Source: Candidatus Parcubacteria bacterium (lineage in GTDB: Bacteria > Patescibacteriota > Minisyncoccia > 2-02-FULL-40-12 > GWA2-44-9). From it: a stretch of DNA of 34,355 bases. The notes beneath the pieces were generated by a model, which worked only from the letters and a program-made list of their open reading frames with translations, did no database searches and was not told the origin of the DNA. The stretch lies in assembly GCA_019662005.1 (NCBI GenBank), contig JAIFWG010000001.1, positions 1 to 34,355 on the forward strand, given 5' to 3'. Within the stretch, counting starts at the first letter, position 1, and each line of letters opens with the position of its first letter. Below are positions 24,654-31,080 of the stretch, in pieces. Made by a program: the position numbers and the translations under genes.

Positions 24654-24781
24654 AACGCTACATCCTCATATTCATAATTTGTGGGATATTTTTCTTCTTG
24701 GCAAAATCGGCAATTCTCTTTACATTTATTGCTAGCATGATCTTGCTCTAACTCTATGACCCAATCTCCGATTTTACTCAT
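24650..24781 (-). CDS. 43-aa small protein (MSKIGDWVIELEQDHASNKCKENCRFCQEEKYPTNYEYEDVAL)
   Basis: ATGA overlaps occur at both ends, at 24778-24781 and 24650-24653. It falls below the track threshold. Confidence 0.5.
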   Translation of the reverse strand: MSKIGDWVIELEQDHASNKCKENCRFCQEEKYPTNYEYEDVAL

Positions 24782-24954
24782 GCTGATTGCTCCAATAAAT
24801 CCTTAACGGCTTCTTGTTCTGTTGCGCCTCTGCCACATGGTTGATAGCCAGAATCTTCAGCACCGTCATAGTCATCGAATACCGCTGACCAATCCCATCC
24901 CCTATATGGGATGGGCGGGTAATCATATGAGGTTATTATTTTTCTATCTTTCAT
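24778..24954 (-). CDS. 58-aa conserved small phage protein (YPPIPYRGWDW...GRGATEQEAVKDL)
   Basis: ATGA overlaps occur at both ends. The PPIP.R..DW....D.Y.........G.G.T..EA..DL motif recurs in many phage recombination or replication modules. Confidence 0.6.
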   Translation of the reverse strand: MKDRKIITSYDYPPIPYRGWDWSAVFDDYDGAEDSGYQPCGRGATEQEAVKDLLEQSA

Positions 24955-25859
24955 TGCGGCACGTCCTCGTTGGTTAATCGGTTTTCTAGCTCATGCCGTC
25001 TTTGCGTTGCAATCTTGGTAAATTCGTCTGAATGACTTGGATATTTTCGCTTAGCATCATTCCAGTCACGCTTAAGCTTCTCCATGGTTGCCGCCATAAT
25101 AATTTCAGCTTTGATTTTTTCAATCTCAGCTTTTTCCTCAGCTTCAACCTCTGAAAAGGATTTTCCTTCGTTAAGCCATTCTATTAACCTAATCCCAGTT
25201 TCTTCGGATATAACATCGTGCTTGCCTTCAAAAAGCTTAGTTCTATCCTTAGACGAAGAATAAAGGTGACTGTCTTTGTCAATATCGAGTACGGTAGTAA
25301 ATTCATAATCCATACCTTCACGCTGAATCGGTGCAAGACCAATCTTGATAGGCTTCGCTTTTCCATTCTCAATTACAATCTCGTAATGGGTTTTAACGCG
25401 CATGGTGGTGATTATGTGAGCGTTAGATTGAAGCATTGCATCAATTAACTTGTTATGCCACGGTGTAACTTCTCGCCAAGCTGTATATGAATTTTTAGTT
25501 TTTGAGGATTGTGTGGCTGCGTCCTGCATATCAAGAACACCACCTTCGCCAGCCCAGGCATGTGACAATGAATCAATAATAATTGTTTCATATCCCTGGG
25601 CTTCACAATGCTTGATCGCCTCAATGTATAGCTCTGGTGTATACGGCTTTTGCAAATTTAAAACGTCAAACTTTGCCAAGTCTGAAAATAAATCAGCAGA
25701 CTTTCTTTCTGTATCAATCAGAACAAATTTCTTACCCATGCCAACTGCTATTTTGATAGCGCCTGTAGTTTTACCTGATCCTGATACGCCAATTAATGCT
25801 AATCGGAGTTTTGCTTGTTTACGTTCAGCGGGGCGGATTTGAAAATTAAACTTAGACAT
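24951..25859 (-). CDS. Sak4-like AAA (RecA-fold) ATPase, single-strand annealing/recombination
   Basis: Walker A GVSGSGKTT and Walker B IIIDSLSH are present. GGAGG SD. The genomic context includes Gp157 and DUF669. Confidence 0.85.
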   Translation of the reverse strand: MSKFNFQIRPAERKQAKLRLALIGVSGSGKTTGAIKIAVGMGKKFVLIDTERKSADLFSDLAKFDVLNLQKPYTPELYIEAIKHCEAQGYETIIIDSLSHAWAGEGGVLDMQDAATQSSKTKNSYTAWREVTPWHNKLIDAMLQSNAHIITTMRVKTHYEIVIENGKAKPIKIGLAPIQREGMDYEFTTVLDIDKDSHLYSSSKDRTKLFEGKHDVISEETGIRLIEWLNEGKSFSEVEAEEKAEIEKIKAEIIMAATMEKLKRDWNDAKRKYPSHSDEFTKIATQRRHELENRLTNEDVPQ

Positions 25860-25986
25860 TATTTAAAACCTCCAAAATGCAATAACAAATAATACTGAAT
25901 GCTGCCGTTACCCAGAGCAGACCTTGTAGTCTGCTCATTCTTTCTGGAAACGTAAGTCTTTCTTCTGCTTTGATGTAATCAATCAT
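25852..25986 (-). CDS. 44-aa membrane-anchored small protein
   Basis: ATG 25986 overlaps the upstream stop by 8 nt, and TAA at 25852-25854 overlaps the Sak4 start by 8 nt. Translation is MIDYIKAEERLTFPERMSRLQGLLWVTAAFSIICYCILEVLNNV. Confidence 0.45.
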   Translation of the reverse strand: MIDYIKAEERLTFPERMSRLQGLLWVTAAFSIICYCILEVLNNV

Positions 25987-26251
25987 ATTCGAACCCCACA
26001 GGATAATAAGGAGCGGGAAACGTGCGTTCGTGAATCTCGACTTCTGTCATGCGCTCGTTAACCATTTTCTGCATGTGAATGAAGATCAGGTCACGTAACG
26101 TGGTGTCGCTATCAAGAACACGATCAAGAAAGGAGATGACTTCGTCTTTTGGCAAATCGCTTACTTCAAGCTCGTAGGCTTCACAGTAGTTTTTGTTTGC
26201 GTATTGGTCGATCAGGCAAAGGTCGATATATTTTTCTAATTGATGTTCCAT
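25979..26251 (-). CDS. Hypothetical protein (90 aa)
   Basis: AGGAGG SD. It is the second gene of the leftward operon. Confidence 0.7.
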   Translation of the reverse strand: MEHQLEKYIDLCLIDQYANKNYCEAYELEVSDLPKDEVISFLDRVLDSDTTLRDLIFIHMQKMVNERMTEVEIHERTFPAPYYPVGFEYD

Positions 26252-26262
26252 GGCATAGCCTC

Positions 26263-26481
26263 CTATATCACACCAGCGGATTTAAGCTGACTGATTGCGT
26301 CACGGTCATTGTGGCGCAAGGCTTCTTTTATAACGATACTTACAAATTCATGTGCGAACTCATAATTCTCTGGTCGGATAGCCTTATTAGCCAGTTTACT
26401 TTGACCTACCATTTTTAGGCAATGAGAAATCACTGCCATTTGTTGCATTAAGTTTGTGATACTTTTAGATTTTCCTAACAT
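26263..26481 (-). CDS. First gene of leftward early operon (72 aa, unknown function)
   Basis: I place the start at ATG 26481 (AGGA 5-6 nt upstream), with ATG 26496 as an alternative. The track start at 26529 lies upstream of the predicted transcription start. Confidence 0.6.
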   Translation of the reverse strand: MLGKSKSITNLMQQMAVISHCLKMVGQSKLANKAIRPENYEFAHEFVSIVIKEALRHNDRDAISQLKSAGVI

Positions 26482-26516
26482 TTTTTCCTGCCTCATAGCT
26501 GTAGTTAACGAGGGAG

Positions 26517-26545
26517 AATATAAAACCACTGGTTTTAATTGTCAA
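26517..26545 (-). promoter_or_regulatory. Leftward sigma70-type promoter (TTGACA-17-TATATT)
   Basis: The -35 is at 26545..26540 and the -10 at 26522..26517, with a 17-nt spacer. All were read on the minus strand. Confidence 0.6.
26521..26537. promoter_or_regulatory. Palindromic operator TAAAACCA-C-TGGTTTTA
   Basis: A perfect 17-bp palindrome fills the spacer of the leftward promoter. A half-conserved copy, ATAACCA-C-TGGGAAT (26578-26592), fills the spacer of the rightward promoter. Confidence 0.6.
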
Positions 26546-26572
26546 CACCTAAGTTTTAAATATTTTGATGAT

Positions 26573-26601
26573 TTGACATAACCACTGGGAATAATTATCA
26601 T
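26573..26601 (+). promoter_or_regulatory. Rightward sigma70-type promoter (TTGACA-17-TATCAT)
   Basis: The -35 is at 26573-26578 and the -10 at 26596-26601, with a 17-nt spacer. It lies about 33 nt upstream of the HTH gene start. Confidence 0.65.
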
Positions 26602-26633
26602 TGCTCAAAGTATTAACACTCGGAGCAATAAGG

Positions 26634-26834
26634 ATGACGTTTGGAGAAAAGATCAAAGAGATGCGGGAATCTCTACGCTACTCACAACAAGAATTTGCTG
26701 GCCTTTTAGGTATAAGCCAAACGATTGTGTCTCAGTATGAATTAGGACGGAAAAACCCGTCCTTACCTGTTTTGAGAAAGATCGTAAAATTCGCCAAAAC
26801 CAATAAATACAAAATCAAATTACTGGAAGAATGA
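26634..26834 (+). CDS. Cro/CI-type (XRE family) HTH regulator, 66 aa
   Basis: SQQEFAGLLGISQTIVSQYELGRKNPS is a classic XRE HTH. ATG 26634 follows GGAG. The track start at 26601 falls on the -10 box. Confidence 0.85.
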   Translation: MTFGEKIKEMRESLRYSQQEFAGLLGISQTIVSQYELGRKNPSLPVLRKIVKFAKTNKYKIKLLEE

Positions 26835-27116
26835 ATGAAAAAAGCAATATTACTGTTTTTAAGCGTAGCCATCAGTGGCAACGCCTTATCGCAGCCAATC
26901 AGAACCCTGTTATGGGAAACCGTTGGATTGAGTGAAGATAAATTAAGTACCACACGAATAGAAAGATTTCCTGCCGGTGAAGGGTGGTTAGTTAAGATTA
27001 TTACATTAAAAAATGGAACCCATATCAGCTATATGTTTGTGCCAGATAAAACCCATAGCTGGACGCTTTATTCGGAAGAATATCAAAAAGCATTTATTGA
27101 TGGGCTGAAAACATGA
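26835..27116 (+). CDS. Secreted small protein (93 aa) with Sec-type signal peptide
   Basis: MKKAILLFLSVAISGNALS/QP. There is no lipobox Cys. ATG immediately follows the TGA of the upstream gene. It is a paralogue of the 33600-33863 product. Confidence 0.75.
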   Translation: MKKAILLFLSVAISGNALSQPIRTLLWETVGLSEDKLSTTRIERFPAGEGWLVKIITLKNGTHISYMFVPDKTHSWTLYSEEYQKAFIDGLKT

Positions 27117-27334
27117 CAGCCGCCGTGGCAATTAAAAAGATCCGTGACGGAATGCTGCTGACTCAGGCCGAGCTTGCCGAGCGATTGCACGTCACTAAAG
27201 CCTCTATCTGCAATTATGAGAAGGGCTTCAGGGTGCCAAACAGGCGAGTTTTGAGAGAAATACTGGAGCTTGCCAGGGCTAATAATATTGACGTGAAGAT
27301 TGAAGATTTATTAGTAGACCAACGTGATGAATAG
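27113..27334 (+). CDS. Second XRE-family HTH regulator, 73 aa
   Basis: TQAELAERLHVTKASICNYEKGFRVPN is an XRE HTH. An ATGA overlap links it to the upstream gene. Confidence 0.85.
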   Translation: MTAAVAIKKIRDGMLLTQAELAERLHVTKASICNYEKGFRVPNRRVLREILELARANNIDVKIEDLLVDQRDE

Positions 27335-27420
27335 TGGCTTATTTCGTCATAATTCAATGGAATGGATGATTTTTGGAAGGTGGGAAAATGGGATAATTAG
27401 GTTTATGATCGTTGCAGTGA

Positions 27421-27443
27421 AGGGGAAGTTTGCCGCTTCCCCT
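27421..27443 (+). other. GC-rich hairpin downstream of the second HTH gene (possible attenuator/terminator without U-tract)
   Basis: AGGGGAAG-TTTGCCG-CTTCCCCT. Confidence 0.3.
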
Positions 27444-27466
27444 CTAAATGGAAAATCCCTTTAAAA

Positions 27467-27508
27467 CACTATAAAAACCCGAAACAAGATAGGGTTAATT
27501 TTATAGTG
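27467..27508. promoter_or_regulatory. 10-bp perfect inverted repeat CACTATAAAA / TTTTATAGTG upstream of the replication gene
   Basis: The arms are at 27467-27476 and 27499-27508. A second inverted repeat, GGGTTAA (27492-27498) / TTAACCC (27534-27540), is interleaved with it. Confidence 0.45.
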
Positions 27509-27555
27509 ATTGCAGGGATTTGCAACCTAAGTGTTAACCCTAGGAGAGATAAGGA

Positions 27556-28593
27556 ATGTCGGAAGTAGATAACAAAGATAAAAAAAGCCCAAAACCAAAT
27601 TATATCGTTTTCAAAGTAAACAATTTCGTTTTTAGCGACGAAGCAAATCAATCTCTTACTGCCTTCGACCGGTTACTTCTTATTTTGCTGGCCACCTTTG
27701 ATGGCAACAAAGGTATATGCCCAGGCACCTCAATCTTAGCCAATAAGCTTGGCGTCACACCAACGCATCTTAAAATGCGCGTTAACTATCTTGAGCAAAT
27801 TGGCGTCTTAAAAGTTGTTCGAAAATTTGGCAAAACTCACAAATATGAGTTCCTATTTTTATCCACAAACCGGTCAAGTGGAGTTGACCGGTCAAGTGGG
27901 CTTGACCGGTCAAGTGGACTTTCACCGACCGGTCAAGTGGACTTTCGCAACCGGTCAAGTGGAGTTGACACGAGTAGTATAAGATTAGACTTAAGAGTAG
28001 AGAGAGAGAGAAGCCAAAGCGCTCTCTCTGATTTTGAATCTGACGAAAACGAAAATATTTATTTTGACCCCACCCATGACACGCAAAGTCAAGAGGGAAT
28101 GATTAACTATGAATCTAAAACATTGAATTTGAACGGAAATTACACAGAAAATGCCGCTAGTAAGGAAAACTACCAGCAAAAAATTGAACAACTACTGCCC
28201 AACAGAGATTCAACTCAGACCAAAAAACAAGAATTCGCTCAAGAAACAACCAAAACTGTAGAAAAACTAATCAAACAGAACCCCAGTATACCACAAAAGC
28301 GACCTGTCAATCAGGTGCCCATCAAGCCCCATCCATTTCCAGAAAATTTCGTAAGCATTCAGGATGACTACGAGGTAGCGATCGCTTGCGGGTTGACTCG
28401 ACAACAGGCAGAGGACGAGCTGGAGAAGTTTGAGGATTACTACACCAGCAATGGGGAATTGCGTTCGGACTGGAACAAAGCACTACAACTTTGGTTCAGG
28501 CGGGCAGGGGAGCATAACCGAAAGCAAGCATCAAAACCGAAAGCGGTGGAAGACCAGCGAAGCACCGTTCCCTGGTTTAACAGGAACCACTAG
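27556..28593 (+). CDS. Replication initiator (winged-helix, lambda O-like logic) containing its own iterons
   Basis: An N-terminal wHTH-like segment is present (LANKLGVTPTHLKMRVNYLEQIGVLKV). The central part of the gene carries five iterons. AGGAGAG SD. Confidence 0.7.
   Translation: MSEVDNKDKKSPKPNYIVFKVNNFVFSDEANQSLTAFDRLLLILLATFDGNKGICPGTSILANKLGVTPTHLKMRVNYLEQIGVLKVVRKFGKTHKYEFLFLSTNRSSGVDRSSGLDRSSGLSPTGQVDFRNRSSGVDTSSIRLDLRVERERSQSALSDFESDENENIYFDPTHDTQSQEGMINYESKTLNLNGNYTENAASKENYQQKIEQLLPNRDSTQTKKQEFAQETTKTVEKLIKQNPSIPQKRPVNQVPIKPHPFPENFVSIQDDYEVAIACGLTRQQAEDELEKFEDYYTSNGELRSDWNKALQLWFRRAGEHNRKQASKPKAVEDQRSTVPWFNRNH
27869..27962 (+). repeat. Five direct iterons ACCGGTCAAGTGG (candidate origin of replication)
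   Basis: Copies lie at 27869, 27887, 27905, 27928 and 27950, with spacings of 18, 18, 23 and 22 nt. Copies 2 and 3 extend to the 12-bp palindrome TTGACCGGTCAA. An AT-rich stretch and an (AG)n tract at 28001-28013 follow. Confidence 0.8.
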
Positions 28594-28595
28594 GG

Positions 28596-28838
28596 ATGGA
28601 GCGCCCACCACGGAAGGGTTATTGGGAGCAGATTGACGACGAACGAATGCGCCTCCTTGCAATGACTGAAAACGAAGCACTCGCATTGGGGAATGATGTT
28701 TGGTACCAGCGCATGAGATTTGAGCGGGAGATTGAAGGTGCAAAGTTTTTGGAAGAACTTCGCCGGAAGATGCCGGAACCCTTGGCAGAGAAAGCGAGAA
28801 ATAAAAAATCAAAAGTAATCTGGACGGAGAAAGATTGA
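28596..28838 (+). CDS. Hypothetical protein (80 aa)
   Basis: ORF immediately after the replication gene. The product is charged and helical. Confidence 0.65.
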   Translation: MERPPRKGYWEQIDDERMRLLAMTENEALALGNDVWYQRMRFEREIEGAKFLEELRRKMPEPLAEKARNKKSKVIWTEKD

Positions 28839-29098
28839 TGGACGGGAAATGGTTTATTTTGTCGAGCGCATTTTCGCGCATGAGCGAACTACAGCGTGAG
28901 CAGGAATTCATAATCAGGAATTTAATTAATTTTCTCAAGGATGAGGGAATGGACAATGCAGCGAAAGCCTACCAAGAAATTTTGGGCGAATTATTCCAGC
29001 CTGTACGGGCACTCAACTTGCTTGTCCGAGCCGAAGCCGAAAAAGCCGCGGCGGCGAGACGAGGAGCTGGAGCAGGAAAAGTTCAACGTCTGGTTTGA
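28835..29098 (+). CDS. Hypothetical protein (87 aa); 3' part overlaps the VRR-NUC gene
   Basis: ATGA-type overlap start. The first ~60 residues look protein-like, whereas the tail (AEAEKAAAARRGAGAGKVQRLV) looks like out-of-frame reading of the next gene. Confidence 0.5.
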   Translation: MMDGKWFILSSAFSRMSELQREQEFIIRNLINFLKDEGMDNAAKAYQEILGELFQPVRALNLLVRAEAEKAAAARRGAGAGKVQRLV

Positions 29099-29441
29099 TA
29101 AAGTTTTAAAGCCTTTGGGGTATCGGTGGTTTCATCCGGCCAATGGGGGAAAAAGACAAGGAAAGTTTATCAAAGGCAAATGGGTGCCCACAGAAGGCGC
29201 CAAATTTAAACGCCTTGGCGTTAAGTCTGGCGTACCCGATGTGATCCTGCCGGTTTCCCGATCGCCTTACCACGGTCTTGTAATTGAGCTTAAAAGGGTG
29301 GACGGAAAAAGATCAGATGTCAGGGAGGATCAACAAGAGTGGCTGGACTGGTTCACAAAAGCGGGCTGGAGGACGGAAGTGGCTTATGGGTTCGAGGAAG
29401 CAAAAGCAATTACATTGGAGTATTTGAAAAATGCAAAGTGA
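28956..29441 (+). CDS. VRR-NUC domain nuclease
   Basis: GVKSGVPDVILPV....GLVIELKRVDGKRSDVREDQQEWLDWFTKAGW...AYGFEEA is the VRR-NUC signature. ATG 28956 follows GAGGGA (28943-28948). ATG 28941 and TTG 29022 are alternatives. Confidence 0.8.
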   Translation: MQRKPTKKFWANYSSLYGHSTCLSEPKPKKPRRRDEELEQEKFNVWFDKVLKPLGYRWFHPANGGKRQGKFIKGKWVPTEGAKFKRLGVKSGVPDVILPVSRSPYHGLVIELKRVDGKRSDVREDQQEWLDWFTKAGWRTEVAYGFEEAKAITLEYLKNAK

Positions 29442-29694
29442 ATGCTGCGGAGCGTGGGCGTTAAAGGCAAGGTCAGTGTCAGGATGGTACATTGGTGGCG
29501 AACTAACCCATGAGTGGTGGGAGTGTTCCCACTGTAAGCACCCATGTGGTACATTTGACCCAAATAAACATAAGGAAATTCAAGATGACGAAAGAAAAGG
29601 AAGTGAAGGAATTTGTAGTCCAGCCAGCAGCACCGCGAGACAAGGACAAGATCAAGGTTTACAAGAAAAAGAAGAAGGGAATCCCCTTACCTGA
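29431..29694 (+). CDS. Cys-rich small protein (zinc-ribbon-like N-terminus); 3' end uncertain
   Basis: ECCGAW...WWECSHCKHPCG. GGAG SD. The last ~35 codons overlap the next gene and look like out-of-frame sequence. Confidence 0.5.
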   Translation: MQSECCGAWALKARSVSGWYIGGELTHEWWECSHCKHPCGTFDPNKHKEIQDDERKGSEGICSPASSTARQGQDQGLQEKEEGNPLT

Positions 29695-29827
29695 AGGCTA
29701 TACTTTCCAAGATTTATCAACTGAGCAACGGCAGGATTATTTTAACAATGCCGAGGTGCAGTGGAAGAAAGAATATAATAAAAAGCGCGGCACAATTTCC
29801 GCATCAAGCACCCTGACAAGGGGTTAA
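29585..29827 (+). CDS. Lys-rich hypothetical protein (80 aa)
   Basis: ATG 29585 lies 8 nt after AAGGA (29572-29576). The track start at 29510 is less likely. Confidence 0.55.
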   Translation: MTKEKEVKEFVVQPAAPRDKDKIKVYKKKKKGIPLPEGYTFQDLSTEQRQDYFNNAEVQWKKEYNKKRGTISASSTLTRG

Positions 29828-29831
29828 GCGA

Positions 29832-30377
29832 ATGACAAGGTTTGAAGATGTTATCGACTACGTTCTCAGTAACGAAGGCGAGCTTTCAGAAAATCCGAAC
29901 GATTCAGGGGGGATCACAAAATATGGGATTTCCCTTAGATTTATTCGAGAATTGACGCCAGAGAAGTTAAGGAAATATGGCATCTTCGAACCAATCACGG
30001 ATCAAACTATTCGCGATTTAACACTGGATCAGGCGAAATTAATTTATCGCTCTGAATTTTGGGAAGCATCCCGCTTCAACGAAATCAAAAGCAAAGAACT
30101 TGCCGCTTATCTTTTTGACATGAGCGTTGCCCATGGAACAGCGCAAAGCATAAAGCTTCTCCAACGGGCAATCTGGGCGATTTATCGGCAGCGAAGTTAT
30201 CTCAACGACGATGGTGTCCTCGGCAGCAAGACAATCGCAGCTGTGAATGATATTGGCTCTGCTATGCTTTGTGTATTGATTGCAACCCGCGCAAGCTTCT
30301 ATCGGCTTATTGCCGAGAAACGTCCTAAGGACAGGGGGTTTTTAGATGGGTGGCTTAACCGATGTTATCGAATCTAG
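29832..30377 (+). CDS. Endolysin: glycoside hydrolase family 108 N-domain plus PG-binding-3 C-domain
   Basis: V...EGELSENPNDSGGITKYGI is the GH108 motif with the catalytic Glu. The C-terminus DDGVLGSKTIAAVN is the peptidoglycan-binding motif. Confidence 0.85.
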   Translation: MTRFEDVIDYVLSNEGELSENPNDSGGITKYGISLRFIRELTPEKLRKYGIFEPITDQTIRDLTLDQAKLIYRSEFWEASRFNEIKSKELAAYLFDMSVAHGTAQSIKLLQRAIWAIYRQRSYLNDDGVLGSKTIAAVNDIGSAMLCVLIATRASFYRLIAEKRPKDRGFLDGWLNRCYRI

Positions 30378-30843
30378 TGGCCTACTTAAAATTGTTAAGA
30401 CGGCAGCCCCTTTACTTGGCGCTGTACTTGGTAGCCCCGCTGCTTCCTTGGGTATTAATCTGCTTGGCAATATTTTCGGTACTGACAGCAAAGACGTAAG
30501 CGGAATATTGAATGCAATCCAGAGCGATCCCGAAGCAATACTCAAGATTAAAACTCTCGAATCAAATCATGCGATCGCGCTCGCACAAGTGGCTAGCAAA
30601 AATTATGATATTGAAGCCAGCGATAGGCAGTCAGCGCGTAATCGCGAAATATCTTTACAGGATCATGTTCCTACCATTTTGGCTGTGGGCTTTCTGGTTA
30701 ATTACGCGATAGTTCAATTATATTGCGTCACGCACCCATCGTCTGAGATAGATATTATAAGCGCAAGGTTTCAAGATGTTTTGATAATGATTATGAGTTA
30801 TTACTTCGGTAGTTCTTACAAAAATAAATCGGTGCTAAAATGA
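30346..30843 (+). CDS. Holin, 3TM 'gene-transfer release' type
   Basis: It overlaps the endolysin 3' end. It has an N-terminal Gly/Ala-rich hydrophobic segment and C-terminal TM segments. It resembles the GTA holin 3TM family as I recall it. Confidence 0.7.
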   Translation: MGGLTDVIESSGLLKIVKTAAPLLGAVLGSPAASLGINLLGNIFGTDSKDVSGILNAIQSDPEAILKIKTLESNHAIALAQVASKNYDIEASDRQSARNREISLQDHVPTILAVGFLVNYAIVQLYCVTHPSSEIDIISARFQDVLIMIMSYYFGSSYKNKSVLK

Positions 30844-30847
30844 AAAA

Positions 30848-30879
30848 GGGGAGCTTGATTGCTCCCCTGATTGTTTTTG
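30848..30879. terminator. Bidirectional rho-independent terminator
   Basis: GGGGAGC-TTGATT-GCTCCCC. It is followed by TGATTGTTTTT on the plus strand and by TTTTTCA on the minus strand. It serves the converging holin and minus-strand cassette. Confidence 0.75.
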
Positions 30880-30894
30880 GTGGGCGCTTTATTT

Positions 30895-31056
30895 TTAAAG
30901 AGTGTCACTTGCCACGATCTTAAAATGAAAGTCACTTCTTCTTTTTAATTTTATTAAAAGATCATGTGTATATTGAAATGTGCATCCCCATTCATCTGTT
31001 TTTATCCACTTGTGAAAAAATCCTTTAGGCTTTGCATATATTATAAAAAATTTCAT
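30895..31056 (-). CDS. 53-aa ORF, third gene of the minus-strand cassette
   Basis: Translation is MKFFIIYAKPKGFFHKWIKTDEWGCTFQYTHDLLIKLKRRSDFHFKIVASDTL. SD is weak (AAGAG). It falls below the track threshold. Confidence 0.4.
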   Translation of the reverse strand: MKFFIIYAKPKGFFHKWIKTDEWGCTFQYTHDLLIKLKRRSDFHFKIVASDTL

Positions 31057-31080
31057 CTCAAATTCTCTTAATCCAGGCCA

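Noticed and set aside
23619-25842. The plus-strand ORFs 23619-24026, 24187-24735, 25218-25448 and 25450-25842.
   Set aside because: They are antisense shadows of well-supported minus-strand genes (DUF669, Gp157, Sak4-like). They have no SDs, and their translations are low-complexity.
27357-27464. A 35-codon ORF (MEWMIFGRWENGIIRF...) in the gap between the second HTH gene and the replication gene.
   Set aside because: It has no SD, spans the GC-rich hairpin, and lies in a region dense with inverted repeats. The region is more plausibly regulatory DNA or RNA.
27869-27962. A regularly spaced direct-repeat array that could be mistaken for a mini CRISPR array.
   Set aside because: The repeats are only 13 nt with 5-10 nt spacers. 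They lie inside an intact ORF and translate to a repeated peptide. No cas genes or leader are present. The array fits replication iterons far better.
28531-28956. The 141-aa minus-strand ORF opposite the end of the replication gene and the two following genes.
   Set aside because: It is antisense to three tightly packed plus-strand genes in the middle of an operon. It has no promoter or SD, and its translation is Ser/Leu/Arg-rich, as is typical of antisense frames.
29431-29827. The overlapping ORF pair as an embedded Rz/Rz1 spanin pair.
   Set aside because: The outer ORF has no N-terminal transmembrane domain, and the inner ORF has no signal peptide or lipobox Cys.
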